A stretch of DNA of 64,000 nt from an uncultured delta proteobacterium. GTDB lineage: Bacteria; Desulfobacterota; Desulfovibrionia; Desulfovibrionales; Desulfovibrionaceae. Location of the stretch: positions 2,909,990 to 2,973,989 of the forward strand of contig LT599018.1 of assembly GCA_900079685.1 (NCBI GenBank), in the 5' to 3' direction. The translations under genes were made by a program, and so were the position numbers. Every line of letters begins with the position of its first letter. The first letter of the stretch is position 1. The notes under the pieces are model-generated. The model was not told the DNA's origin, made no database searches, and saw nothing but the letters and a program-made list of their open reading frames with translations. This document shows, one piece after another, positions 47,480-57,247 of the stretch.

Positions 47480-48763
47480 ATGCAAACCGCAGGACAGGGA
47501 GCAGGGCGGCGCGGGGCCGCTCCCGCCATTTGGGTCAGCGTGGCCCTGGCAAGTCTTATTCTGAGCATTACCATGGGCATACGGCAGACCGTGGGCTTGT
47601 TCGTGCATCCCATTATCGCGGGCACGGGCATGACCGTTGTCGACGTCAGCATGGCGCTCGCCATCGGGCAGTTGCTCTGGGGCGTTTTTCAGCCCATTTT
47701 CGGTGCCTGGGCCGATAAAAAAAGCGCGTTCGCGGCCCTGGCCGTCGGCGCGGTCTGCCTGGCGGGCGGGCAGTTGCTCACGCTGTGGGCCACAACGCCC
47801 GCGACCCTGATCCTGGCGCAGGGCTTTCTGTCACCCGCCGGAGCAGCGGCCGGAAGTTTTTCCGTTCTGCTCGGCATCGTGGCCGGACGGCTGACGGCGG
47901 ACACCCGCTCCATGGCCAGCGGCCTCATCAACGCGGGCGGGTCCATCGGCCAGTTCGCCTTTGCCCCGCTGGTCCAGTTCGTCATGCATCTGCGGGATTA
48001 CTACGCGAGCCTTGTCGTGCTGGCCGGGGCGGCCCTGCTGACGATTCTGCCGTCCTGGGTGCTGTGCCGGGGAAAAGAGGCAGCCCCGGCCATTGAAAAA
48101 GGAGCGACGGCGGCCCCGCCGCAGCCGGACGTTCCCCTTGCCAGGGAAGGGCTGCGCGATCAGCTGCGCGTGGCGTTACGCGACAAAAGCTACTTGCTGC
48201 TGCACGGCGGGTTTTTCACCTGCGGGTTCCACGTGGCATTTCTGACCACACACCTGCCGGGGGAGGTCAGTTTATGCGGGCATTCGGCGGCCGTGTCCGC
48301 CGCGAGCCTTTCCCTGATCGGGCTGTGCAACATTGCCGGAAGCATCGGGGCCGGGATTCTCGGCAAGTATTACAGAATGAAGTATATCCTGGCCGCGCTG
48401 TACGCCAGCCGGGCCGCGATGATCGCGGTCTATCTGCTTTCCCCCAAAACGGAGATGACGTTTTACCTCTTCGCGGCGGCCACCGGGTTCACCTGGCTGG
48501 CAACCGTGCCGCCCACCGCCGGGGTTGTGGGCAAGCTGTTCGGGATGCGGTATCTTGCAACCCTGTTCGGGCTGACGCTCTTCACCCACCAGATCGGCGC
48601 CTTTTTCGGCGCCTGGCTTGGCGGCGTGGCCATGCAGCAATCCGGGAGCCTCTTGTGGGTCTGGTATATCGACGTGGCGCTGGCGCTTTTCGCGGCGGTG
48701 GTAAACCTGCCGATCAAGGAACAGCCTGTTCCGCGAAGGAATCCGGTGGCCGGAGCGGCCTAG
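47480..48763 (+). CDS. MFS transporter
   Basis: About 427 aa with a 12-TM-like hydrophobic pattern. GAGGA lies upstream. Confidence 0.8.
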   Translation: MQTAGQGAGRRGAAPAIWVSVALASLILSITMGIRQTVGLFVHPIIAGTGMTVVDVSMALAIGQLLWGVFQPIFGAWADKKSAFAALAVGAVCLAGGQLLTLWATTPATLILAQGFLSPAGAAAGSFSVLLGIVAGRLTADTRSMASGLINAGGSIGQFAFAPLVQFVMHLRDYYASLVVLAGAALLTILPSWVLCRGKEAAPAIEKGATAAPPQPDVPLAREGLRDQLRVALRDKSYLLLHGGFFTCGFHVAFLTTHLPGEVSLCGHSAAVSAASLSLIGLCNIAGSIGAGILGKYYRMKYILAALYASRAAMIAVYLLSPKTEMTFYLFAAATGFTWLATVPPTAGVVGKLFGMRYLATLFGLTLFTHQIGAFFGAWLGGVAMQQSGSLLWVWYIDVALALFAAVVNLPIKEQPVPRRNPVAGAA

Positions 48764-48854
48764 AGCTTTGCACGGGTACCACGATGCAACCGGACACAAT
48801 GCTCCGGCCTTGCGGAGCGAAAGTGCACTGACGGCGCACAAAGGAGAAACAACC

Positions 48855-49280
48855 ATGGCGGATTGCGCTGAACGATCAACCCCTTGCTATTGCACGGCTT
48901 TGCGCAGGGCTGCCCGGGCGGTGACGAAACTGTACGACGCCGCGCTGGAACCGGGCGGACTCAAGGTGACGCAATTTTCCCTGCTCAGGAACGTGCAGCG
49001 CCTGGGCCCGGTTACGTTTGCCGCGCTGTCCGGGGTTGTGCAGCTTGAGCGGACCACGCTTATCCGCAACCTGGATGTGCTGGTCAGGCAGGGCCTTCTG
49101 GAAATGCGGCCCAACCCGCCGTCGCGGGCGCACCTGATCTGTCTGACGCACAAGGGCGAGGCCGAAATTGAAAAAAACAACCCCGCCTGGGAAGCGGCCC
49201 AGAACGCAATGGAAACGGTCTTGACCGGCGAGGAGCGGCGATTTTTGCGTTCGGTGCTCAAAAAATTGCAACAGGTCTGA
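48855..49280 (+). CDS. MarR-family transcriptional regulator
   Basis: 141 aa with the winged HTH LKVTQFSLLRNVQRLGPVTFAALSGVVQLERTTLIRNLDVLVRQGLL. AAGGAG lies upstream. Confidence 0.8.
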   Translation: MADCAERSTPCYCTALRRAARAVTKLYDAALEPGGLKVTQFSLLRNVQRLGPVTFAALSGVVQLERTTLIRNLDVLVRQGLLEMRPNPPSRAHLICLTHKGEAEIEKNNPAWEAAQNAMETVLTGEERRFLRSVLKKLQQV

Positions 49281-49287
49281 ATGGCAA

Positions 49288-49318
49288 ATAAAAAGGGAAC
49301 TGCGAGGCTCCCTTTTTA
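49288..49318. terminator. bidirectional terminator-like hairpin
   Basis: AAAAAGGGAAC-tgcgag-GCTCCCTTTTT between convergent genes. Confidence 0.5.
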
Positions 49319-49322
49319 TTTG

Positions 49323-50660
49323 TCATTGCCGGATCAGAATGCTGCCCCAGCACGGCGGCAGCGGGACGGCCAACCGGCCGTTCCGCGCGGTATGGGGCGC
49401 GCCGCCGTTCAGGACGTCCCGCCACATTCCCTGTATATCCCCCTGGAGAACAAACTCTGTTTGCTCGTGCGCCGCGTTGACGCAGACCAGCGCGGTTTCC
49501 CCGGCGTGTTCCCGTTTGAAACCATACTGGGTGTGCGTCACCCGCATTTCGGTAAACTCGCCGAGGGCCAGCGCGGGGTGCTCGCGCCGCAGCCGGGCCA
49601 GGGTTTGGATCGCGCGGGCCAGATCCGGTTCCTTCGCGGCGTCCCGGAGGCTTTCCGGCGTCAGGGCCGGGCGCAGCGGCCAGTCGTCGCGGCCTTTTCG
49701 TTTTGCGCCCTCCAGGCCGTATTCGCTGCCGTAATAGACCGAAGGCGTTCCCGGCAGGGTAAAGAGCAGAATATGCAGCGGGTAGAGGTGCGCCGGGTCG
49801 CGCAACCGGCTCCGGATGCGCGTGACGTCGTGGTTGTCCGCGAAGGTGTACCAGCGGTAGGCGGAGGAACCGGGCGTGAACTGTTTGCGGCAGGTATGGG
49901 CCAGCTCAAAGTAGTTGGCGTCGTTATGGCTGGACCACAGCCCCTTGTGCAGGATGTAGTTGGTGACCGCGTCCAGCCCCCCCTGATCGACCCAGCGGGC
50001 GTAGTCGCCGTGGATGACTTCTCCCAGGAGGTAAAAGCCGGGCCGCAGCGTCCGGCAGTGTTCCGCCAGCGCGCGTTGGAAACCGAGATCAAGGCAGTCC
50101 GCGGCGTCGAGGCGCAACCCGTCGATGCCGTAGCGGGAAATCCATTCCCCGGCGGCGTGCAGCAGGTGGTTCCGCACGTCGGGGTGGTCGGTATTCAGTT
50201 TGACCAGTTCGTAATGGCCCCGCCAGGCCGTGTAATCAAAGGGGTCGCCCGGCGGGCTCTGGCGGGTGAAATCGCAGAAAAACCAGGGGGCGAAGCGGGA
50301 GTTTTGCCTGTTTTTCACAACGTCCTGGAACGCCCAAAAAGACCGGCCCACATGGTTGAACACCGCGTCGAACACCACCCGGATGCCCCTGGCGTGGGCC
50401 TGTTCCACGGCCCAGGCCAGATCGTCGCCGGTGCCGAGGCGGCTGTCCGGCGTGAAGTAGTTGGTGGTGTCGTACCCGTGGGTTTCGGACTGGAACACCG
50501 GGCCGAGCAGCAGGGTATCCGCCCCGAGATCCCGGATATGGTCGAGCCAGGGCTCGATCCGCCGCAGCCGGGAGCATGGCGCGCCATCATTGGCATGCGG
50601 CGCGCCGAAGCAGCCGAGCGGATAGAGATGGTAGAAAAAAGCGCTGTTTGGGGAATTCAT
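49323..50660 (-). CDS. GH13 alpha-amylase-family glycoside hydrolase
   Basis: GH13 regions DAVFNHVG, GIDGLRLDAADCL, LLGEVIHGD and FADNHD. No signal peptide. The start overlaps the upstream MarR stop (TGATG). Confidence 0.85.
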   Translation of the reverse strand: MNSPNSAFFYHLYPLGCFGAPHANDGAPCSRLRRIEPWLDHIRDLGADTLLLGPVFQSETHGYDTTNYFTPDSRLGTGDDLAWAVEQAHARGIRVVFDAVFNHVGRSFWAFQDVVKNRQNSRFAPWFFCDFTRQSPPGDPFDYTAWRGHYELVKLNTDHPDVRNHLLHAAGEWISRYGIDGLRLDAADCLDLGFQRALAEHCRTLRPGFYLLGEVIHGDYARWVDQGGLDAVTNYILHKGLWSSHNDANYFELAHTCRKQFTPGSSAYRWYTFADNHDVTRIRSRLRDPAHLYPLHILLFTLPGTPSVYYGSEYGLEGAKRKGRDDWPLRPALTPESLRDAAKEPDLARAIQTLARLRREHPALALGEFTEMRVTHTQYGFKREHAGETALVCVNAAHEQTEFVLQGDIQGMWRDVLNGGAPHTARNGRLAVPLPPCWGSILIRQ

Positions 50661-51127
50661 CAGCCTGCCTCCCGGTCCGTGGCGAGCGCGGCGTCGGCCA
50701 GTTTTTCCAGGACGGGCAGAAGTGTTGCCAGGGCCGCGCGGTCTTGCGGCGCGAGGGCGGATTCCATGAGCTGTTCCAGCCGCGCTTTGCGGGTTTGCAT
50801 GTCGCCCCGGAAGGTTTGCTCGCCCTGGGCGGTGAGGGAGAGCGCGACCTTTCGGCCGTCCTCCCCGTCGTGCTCCTTGCGGATGCAGCCTGTTGCCTGC
50901 AACTGTTTCAGGACGGCCGTCAGGGATTGCTTTTTCACCCCCAGTTCCTTCGCGATGCCGGAAGCCGTGCCGGTTTTGCGCCGGTGAAGGATGCCCAGCA
51001 CCAGCATGGCCGTGGGGCCGGGCCGGTCGGGTTTTCGGGCGTCGCGCAGGTAGTGGGAAATATGCAGCACAGCCCGGAGCAGGCCGGGCGACAAGGACTG
51101 GACGGGCGGATGGCTGGATTCGTTCAT
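50660..51127 (-). CDS. MarR-family transcriptional regulator
   Basis: 155 aa, PTAMLVLGILHRRKTGTASGIAKELGVKKQSLTAVLKQLQATGCI. Confidence 0.8.
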   Translation of the reverse strand: MNESSHPPVQSLSPGLLRAVLHISHYLRDARKPDRPGPTAMLVLGILHRRKTGTASGIAKELGVKKQSLTAVLKQLQATGCIRKEHDGEDGRKVALSLTAQGEQTFRGDMQTRKARLEQLMESALAPQDRAALATLLPVLEKLADAALATDREAG

Positions 51128-51834
51128 GAATAGTAAGGTAATACTTACTATAAAGTGTGTCAAGAATAGTGCACTGCCGCATGGCGTGCGGTATGCGGAT
51201 TTTCCCGGCGCGCTCTTCTTGCCGTCCTTTTACGGCGGCCCAAGGCAATCAGGCTATAATTCAGAAAAAAATAATTTATTCTTTTATGGTATAACTATTT
51301 AATATAAAAAATGAAAAAAATGGATGGCTAAAATATTAGATATCATATCCCAAAAAGAGCGCTCAGGGAAAAAGAATTTCACGGAAGGAGAGACAGGGCA
51401 TCGCCTCAATCGGTTTATATAAATCTAAGATATCAGAACACGTTTCAATGCTGCCGGACGGAGTGAGTTGCCCTTTTTATTGTTGCAGTTTATATGGTTA
51501 CTTGTATTTTTTAAAAATGCATACTGCATGGCGATGGTATGGAACAGTGCATGCCGCTCGGTAAACGCCGTATTGCAGACCGGATTTTTCTCGGGATGTT
51601 CCTGTGCCGGGGAATTTATCGCGGCGAGCGCGTGATGCTTCCGGCGGTGCGGAAAACACGAAATGCCGGGTTGTTTGTTGTTGAGCGGGAGTGATGCTCT
51701 GGGGGGATCACGCTTGCTCTTCACGGGGCCGGGTGCGAGAGCATCCCGCCCCATCTTTTTTTATGAGGGAGAAGCGGGCGGGGGCGGCATCCGGCAGTCC
51801 GCACCCGGAACCGGCCCGGCATCATCGCTGTGGA

Positions 51835-54699
51835 TCAACTCCGGCCTCTCCGGGCGAGCTCCGCTTCCAGCCGTTCCCTCAGAGCGCCGTATTCCAGGTT
51901 GTCCAGCTGGTCGCGCAGCCACAGGATCAGTTCGGTGTCGGCCTGGTCGGCGTAGGTCATTTGCTCAAGTTCCGTCATGGTTCTTTCCATGCTCATGGCG
52001 TCAAAACGCTTGTTGGCCTCCAGCATCGCGGCCAGCATGTCCGTGTCCAGGGTTTCCCGGCGGTGTTTTTCGCCCGCGCCCGCGTCGATGCCGTCCAGCA
52101 GCGCCTGGAGTTCCGCAAGCAGTGTTTCCGTAAACGCCAGAAGCTTGCCGTTGTTCGCGGCGACCATTTTGCGGTCGCCCTTTTTGGCCGCGTGTTCCAG
52201 CATTTCCGCAAGATTGCCGACCTCGTTCGCGCCGATATTCCAGGAGCTGCCTTTCAACCCGTGAACGGTTATGGCGTAGTCCGCCAGGTTCCCTTCCGGT
52301 ATGGCCCGGAGTTTTTCGAGGAGGGCCGGCGTATGCTTCACGTAGGAACGGAGAATGTAAAGGCAGGTATCCTCGCTATCGTAGTATTGGGCGAGGGTTT
52401 GCAGATCAATGCCGCTCGCGCGTTTGCCGGTCAGGGCGCCGCCGGGGCCGGATCGCGCCCGATCCCGGTTCGTTCCGGGTTCCGCCCTGGCTTGTTCCTC
52501 TTTGGCCTGTTCCGCCTGGTGCAGCGTTTCCTCGGGCTGCCTGTCGCAGATCCATTCCTTGAGAATGGCGTCAAGGCGCAAGGTATCGATGGGTTTTGAA
52601 ATGAACGCGTTGAATCCCTTCGAGAGCAGCATCTCTTCATTGCCGACCAGGGCGTTTGCCGTCAGGGCGATGATGGGGATATTCCTCGCGTAGTCCGTTC
52701 CCAATTCCTGCCGAATGATGCGCGTGGCTTCAACCCCGTCCATGTCCGGCATCATGTGGTCCATGAACACGGCGTCATAGCGGACCTTTTCCGTCCGGAT
52801 GCGCTCAACGGCCGCCTGCCCGCTCTGGACGCAGTCGATTTTCATGGCATAGGGCAGCAGCAGGCCCTTTGTGACATCGAGGTTGGTCGGGATGTCGTCC
52901 ACCACCAGCACGCGCGCGTACGGCATGTATACGCAATCCAGGCTCCCGTGCCGTGCCCGCCGGTCCTCGGCAAAGCGGAACCGTTTGAGTTTGCCGGCGG
53001 TATCCTTGCCGATGGGCGTCGGGTCGATGATTTCCTGGCGGATTGTGACGGTAAAGACGGACCCCTCCCCGTATTCGCTCGCCACTTCGATGGAGCCGCC
53101 CATGCGTTCCGCGAGGGTTTTGGTGATGGTCAGGCCGAGCCCGGTGCCCACGAGCGTCCGGTTGGTTCTGGTGTCCACCTGGCTGTATTCCTTGAACAGC
53201 TTGCCCAGGTCCTCTTTTTTGATGCCGATGCCCGTGTCGATCACGCGGAAGGTGATCCACGCGGCGTTCTCCCGCTGTTCCCAGCGGATGTCCAGGGTCA
53301 CGGTGCCTTTGCGCGTGTATTTGAAGGCGTTTGAAAGGAGGTTGTTGAGGATCTGCTTCACCCGCAACTCGTCGCCGAGCAGGCTGACGGGCAATGTGTC
53401 GTCCAGCTCCAGGATGAAGGTGACGGGCCTCGCGCCGATCCGCACGAGGTGCAGTTGCACGACATCGTTAATCATGCTGGGCAGTTCGTAGTTCTCCGGC
53501 ACAAGTTCGAACCCGCCCGCCCCGATTTTGGAGAAATCGAGAATGTCGTTGATGATGCCGAGCAAACTGGCGCCGGAATTGTAGATTTTGACCAGATCGT
53601 TGTGCGTCGCCTCCGGGAGATCCTTGCGCATCTGGATTTCCGACAGGCCGATGATGGCGTTGAGCGGGGTGCGTATTTCGTGGCTCATGACGGCCAGGAA
53701 AGAGGATTTGGACTGGTTTTCCTCATCGGACTGCATTTTGGCCGCGCTGAGGCGGAGCAGCAGGTAGCTGAGAAAAAGCGTCAGGCTGATGCCGAGCGCG
53801 ATCAGGATGGAGGCCGTGCGGTACAAATCGGCGTAGTAGCTGCGCGTGGGCATGACCACGCCGATATACCAGCCGTTGTATAATTCCCGGAAGAACACGA
53901 TGGCGCTGGTGCCGTCAAAATCCCGCACGCGTTTCGCGGTCACGGTTTCGTTGCGCCGCAACGCGTCGGATATGGCCGCGTAATCCTCGCCGAGGTCCTT
54001 CAGCTGCAAATTGTTAACGTTTTCATTGGGGTGGGCGATGATGTAATGGTACTGGTTGACGATCATGCCGTACCCGTCTTCCCTCAACTGGAGCGATTTG
54101 GCGTAGGTGATGACCCAGGAGAGGTCGATGTCGAGCGAGAGAACGCCGTAGTAGTCGCCCCATTTTCCGTGAATTTCCTGCGCCAGGGAAATCACGGAGC
54201 CGCCGGTGTTGTCGGCGTTCATATCCCGGTAGGGCGCGGTGTACTCCGCCTGTTTCGTCCGGATGGCCAACTGGTACCACGGCCGCTGCTGGGGGATGAA
54301 GTCCTTGCCGAGGGCCTGGTTGTTGCCGTCGAGAAATTCATCGCGGATAAAGCCGTACACGCCGGTAAATCCCAGCACGCCTTCTTTCTGCCCGTACATG
54401 GATTGCGTCGTGCGCACGAGGTAGGCGCGTATCTCGCTCTGGCTTTCTCCCCGGTCGAGCATGTCCTGCACGGTCATGTAGATGGCGTTGAAGGCGATCC
54501 GGGGTTCCCGCAGGTATGACTGGATGGTTTTTTCGCTTTCGCTGAGCGCCACGGTCACGGAGGTTTGCGTTTCCCGCTGGATGACGAAGCTGACGGAAAG
54601 ACAGCCGATGAGCACCATGAGGAAGAACGCGGCGCACACAAACAGCAGCTGTTTGTAGTTTGCCTTGAAAACGAGCTCCCAGTTCGGGCGGTGGTTCAT
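51835..54699 (-). CDS. hybrid sensor histidine kinase (Cache-like periplasmic domain - HisKA - HATPase - receiver - Hpt)
   Basis: H-box FLAVMSHEIRTPLNAIIG, G-boxes DTGIGI and GTGLGLTI, receiver VLVVDDIPTNLDV...MDHMMPDMDG, Hpt HGLKGSSWNIGA. Confidence 0.9.
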   Translation of the reverse strand: MNHRPNWELVFKANYKQLLFVCAAFFLMVLIGCLSVSFVIQRETQTSVTVALSESEKTIQSYLREPRIAFNAIYMTVQDMLDRGESQSEIRAYLVRTTQSMYGQKEGVLGFTGVYGFIRDEFLDGNNQALGKDFIPQQRPWYQLAIRTKQAEYTAPYRDMNADNTGGSVISLAQEIHGKWGDYYGVLSLDIDLSWVITYAKSLQLREDGYGMIVNQYHYIIAHPNENVNNLQLKDLGEDYAAISDALRRNETVTAKRVRDFDGTSAIVFFRELYNGWYIGVVMPTRSYYADLYRTASILIALGISLTLFLSYLLLRLSAAKMQSDEENQSKSSFLAVMSHEIRTPLNAIIGLSEIQMRKDLPEATHNDLVKIYNSGASLLGIINDILDFSKIGAGGFELVPENYELPSMINDVVQLHLVRIGARPVTFILELDDTLPVSLLGDELRVKQILNNLLSNAFKYTRKGTVTLDIRWEQRENAAWITFRVIDTGIGIKKEDLGKLFKEYSQVDTRTNRTLVGTGLGLTITKTLAERMGGSIEVASEYGEGSVFTVTIRQEIIDPTPIGKDTAGKLKRFRFAEDRRARHGSLDCVYMPYARVLVVDDIPTNLDVTKGLLLPYAMKIDCVQSGQAAVERIRTEKVRYDAVFMDHMMPDMDGVEATRIIRQELGTDYARNIPIIALTANALVGNEEMLLSKGFNAFISKPIDTLRLDAILKEWICDRQPEETLHQAEQAKEEQARAEPGTNRDRARSGPGGALTGKRASGIDLQTLAQYYDSEDTCLYILRSYVKHTPALLEKLRAIPEGNLADYAITVHGLKGSSWNIGANEVGNLAEMLEHAAKKGDRKMVAANNGKLLAFTETLLAELQALLDGIDAGAGEKHRRETLDTDMLAAMLEANKRFDAMSMERTMTELEQMTYADQADTELILWLRDQLDNLEYGALRERLEAELARRGRS

Positions 54700-54718
54700 G
54701 GCGGTCGTCCTGGTGTGT

Positions 54719-55885
54719 TTAGCGGGAAGCGGAAACGTCAACCACGGTCCGGTAGTACCAGTTGATGCCTCTGGTGATTTCGCTGTCCGGCAGCGTGCCG
54801 CCCGCAACCCCCACGGTCCGGCCGCTGTTCGTTCGCATCACGCCGTCAAAGACGTTGCTTTTCCCGGTGATGATGCGTTCCCGCGCGGCGGCGACCGCGT
54901 CCCTCACCGCCTGCGTGGTCTGGCTTTCGTTGAGGGGCGTGATGGCGACCATGCCTTCGGCCATGCCGCCGTAGTAAGGTTTTGTCGTGAAGCTGCCGTT
55001 GATGACGCTTGCGATAAGGTGCGTGTAATAGACTTCCCAGTTCCAGACGACGGACGTCAGAACGGCGTTCGGCGCGAATCGGGCCATGTCGCTGTTGTAC
55101 CCGATGCCCCAGACCCCGGTTTTCTCGGCTTCCATTTGGGGGTTGACCGTATCGCAGTGCTGGGCGATCACGTCGCATCCGGACCGCAGGAGGCGGCGCG
55201 TTGCGCGGCGTTCCCCGGCGGGGTCAAACCAGCTGTTGGTGACGCGGACATAAATCCGGGCGTCGGGGTTGGCGCTTTCCACGCCCAGGGCAAAGGCGTT
55301 GATGCCGCCGGTCACTTCCGTATTCGAGGAGCCCATGGCGGCGACGAAGCCGATTTTACCGGTTTTGGTTTTAAGCCCGGCCACGATGCCGCTGAGATAC
55401 CGCGCCTGATATACCCTGCCGAAATAGTTCGTGAAGTTTTTTTCATTACGCTTAAACCCCGAGGCGTTGGCGAAGATGACGGAAGGATATTCCTCGGCGA
55501 GCGTCGCGCACGCGTCCATGTAGCCCCAGCTGGTGGCGATGATGATGTTGGCCCCGGCGGCGATGCATTCGCGGATCGTGTGTTCGATCATCCTGGCGTC
55601 GGACTCGCTTATGTCGAATTTGCGGATGATCTGGGCGTCGCGGAGTCCGAGGGCTTGCTGCATTTTTCTGATGCCTGTCTCGTGGGCGAAGGAATAGCCC
55701 GCGCCGTCCGCCTTGTCGAGGTACAGCACGCCGATAACGATTTTCTCTTTCGCCAGGGGGTTGCCGGGGGTCCAGGCTTCTTCGCCGGCGCATCCCGCGC
55801 AGAAGAGGGCGCAGAACAGGGCGCAGAACAGGGCGCAGAACAGGGCGCAGAACAGGGCGGCGCGCAAGCCGGACCGGGCCGTCAT
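54719..55885 (-). CDS. BMP-family (Med/BmpA-like) substrate-binding lipoprotein
   Basis: Signal peptide with a Cys-containing lipobox-like end (LFCAGC) and BMP blocks (KIGFVAAMGSSNTEVTGGINAFALG, NSWFDP). Start taken at MTARSGL. Confidence 0.8.
   Translation of the reverse strand: MTARSGLRAALFCALFCALFCALFCALFCAGCAGEEAWTPGNPLAKEKIVIGVLYLDKADGAGYSFAHETGIRKMQQALGLRDAQIIRKFDISESDARMIEHTIRECIAAGANIIIATSWGYMDACATLAEEYPSVIFANASGFKRNEKNFTNYFGRVYQARYLSGIVAGLKTKTGKIGFVAAMGSSNTEVTGGINAFALGVESANPDARIYVRVTNSWFDPAGERRATRRLLRSGCDVIAQHCDTVNPQMEAEKTGVWGIGYNSDMARFAPNAVLTSVVWNWEVYYTHLIASVINGSFTTKPYYGGMAEGMVAITPLNESQTTQAVRDAVAAARERIITGKSNVFDGVMRTNSGRTVGVAGGTLPDSEITRGINWYYRTVVDVSASR
55797..55856. repeat. 12-bp tandem repeat x5 inside the lipoprotein signal-peptide coding region
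   Basis: GCGCAGAACAGG x4, preceded by the degenerate unit GCGCAGAAGAGG. Encodes (ALFC)5 on the minus strand. Confidence 0.9.
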
Positions 55886-55939
55886 CCGCCGGGCGGCGCG
55901 CTCTTTTTGCGGGGATGTGGGTATATGGCTCATAGTTCG

Positions 55940-57247
55940 GGCTCATCCGGTTGAAGAGTGCTTTTGACAAAAAATATGGACATGGGTTCCAATCGAGATC
56001 ACGCAAACGATCATCGAAAAGGCGGAATCACCATGTCCACGAGTTTTGTTTATCATGCCATGGGCCTGTCGGGCTACGAGTATGTGCATCAGAAATTTGA
56101 AAGCGGGAGCGTTACATTTCGGCTCCGGCCAAAATGGCGGCTTCTATGCTGTCCGGCCTGCAAATCGAAACAGGTGACCAGACGGGGCATGTATTTTCGA
56201 AAGCTGCGCAGTTTGCCTATTGGGCGCAAGCCAATCCGGCTGTTGATTGAAGTGCCGCGCGTCTGGTGTGCCGTTTGTGGCTGCATCAGGCGTATCAGTC
56301 TTGGCATTGCGGAGCCCAGACGGAGCTATACACGAGCTTTCGCCCGGCACGTTCTTGAACTGGCCAGACTCATGACACTCAAGGATGTGGCGCTGTTCCT
56401 CGGTGTCGGCTGGGACTGCGTGAAGGACATTGTCAAGCGCAATCTGGCTCGACGCTTCGCTCGCCCAAGGCTGCGCAGCGTGCGGTATCTGGCCATAGAC
56501 GAAATCAGCGTTCGGAAAGGGCACAAGTACCTGACTCTGGTCATGGACCTTGAGAGCGGCGCGGTGCTCTTTGTTGGCGATGGCAAGGGCGCGAAATGTC
56601 TGGAGCCGTTTTGGGTGATGCTTCGCCGTTCCCGCGCCAAGGTCCAGGCCGTGGCGACGGATATGAGCACCGCCTACATCGGCGCGGTATTGGACAATCT
56701 GCCGGGAGTCCCCCTGGTCTTTGATCACTTCCATGTGGTCAAGCTGATGAATGAAGCACTTACAGAAATCAGACGCGGTCTGCATCGCGAGGCGGACGTT
56801 ATGGGCAAGAAGGTGTTGAAAGGCAGTCGATGGATTCTACTCAAGAATCCTGAGAATCTTTCAGCGGAGCGCGATGAAGCGGCCAAACTGCAAGAGGCGC
56901 TGAAGCTCAACGAGCCGTTGGCGGTGGCCTACTATATGAAGGAAGACCTGCGGCAATTTTGGAGTCAGTCAAACAGGGAAGCTGCACAAGTGGCTATAGA
57001 CGATTGGGTAAGCCGCGCCCAGGCGTCAGACATTGGTCCGCTTATGCGTGTGGCAACGACCCTCGCTGGGCTCAAATTCGGCATCCTGAATTGGTACGAG
57101 CACCCCATATCCTCTGGACGCATGGAAGGGACCAACAACAAAATCAAGGTGCTCAAGCGGATGGCCTACGGATACAGAGACATGGAGTTTTTCAAACTCA
57201 GAATCCTCGCCATTCACGAGGCAAAGTACGCTTTAACCGGATGAACC
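55940..57247 (+). mobile_element. ISL3-family insertion sequence (1308 bp)
   Basis: Imperfect inverted repeats GGCTCATCCGGTTGAAG... / ...CTTTAACCGGATGAACC. Perfect 8-bp target duplication ATAGTTCG at 55932-55939 and 57248-57255. Confidence 0.9.
56033..57244 (+). CDS. ISL3-family transposase
   Basis: N-terminal zinc-finger region CPACKSKQV...WCAVCGC and a DDE body. 403 aa, with the stop inside the right inverted repeat. Confidence 0.85.
   Translation: MSTSFVYHAMGLSGYEYVHQKFESGSVTFRLRPKWRLLCCPACKSKQVTRRGMYFRKLRSLPIGRKPIRLLIEVPRVWCAVCGCIRRISLGIAEPRRSYTRAFARHVLELARLMTLKDVALFLGVGWDCVKDIVKRNLARRFARPRLRSVRYLAIDEISVRKGHKYLTLVMDLESGAVLFVGDGKGAKCLEPFWVMLRRSRAKVQAVATDMSTAYIGAVLDNLPGVPLVFDHFHVVKLMNEALTEIRRGLHREADVMGKKVLKGSRWILLKNPENLSAERDEAAKLQEALKLNEPLAVAYYMKEDLRQFWSQSNREAAQVAIDDWVSRAQASDIGPLMRVATTLAGLKFGILNWYEHPISSGRMEGTNNKIKVLKRMAYGYRDMEFFKLRILAIHEAKYALTG

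Noticed and set aside
49281-50987. 568-aa plus-strand ORF
   Set aside because: Antisense to the GH13 and MarR genes.
51170-51830. Long AT-rich intergenic region examined for a small RNA, riboswitch or small ORF
   Set aside because: I saw only scattered weak hairpins and a 6-codon ORF, nothing I could support. It is probably the promoter region of the MarR gene plus the 3' flank of the kinase.
55797-55856. Short tandem repeat considered as a CRISPR-like array
   Set aside because: The units are contiguous 12-mers without spacers, lie inside a coding region, and no cas genes are present. I found no CRISPR array anywhere in the window.
54665-55954. 429-aa plus-strand ORF
   Set aside because: Antisense to the BMP lipoprotein gene. 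Its AEQG repeats are just the reverse reading of the 12-bp tandem repeat.
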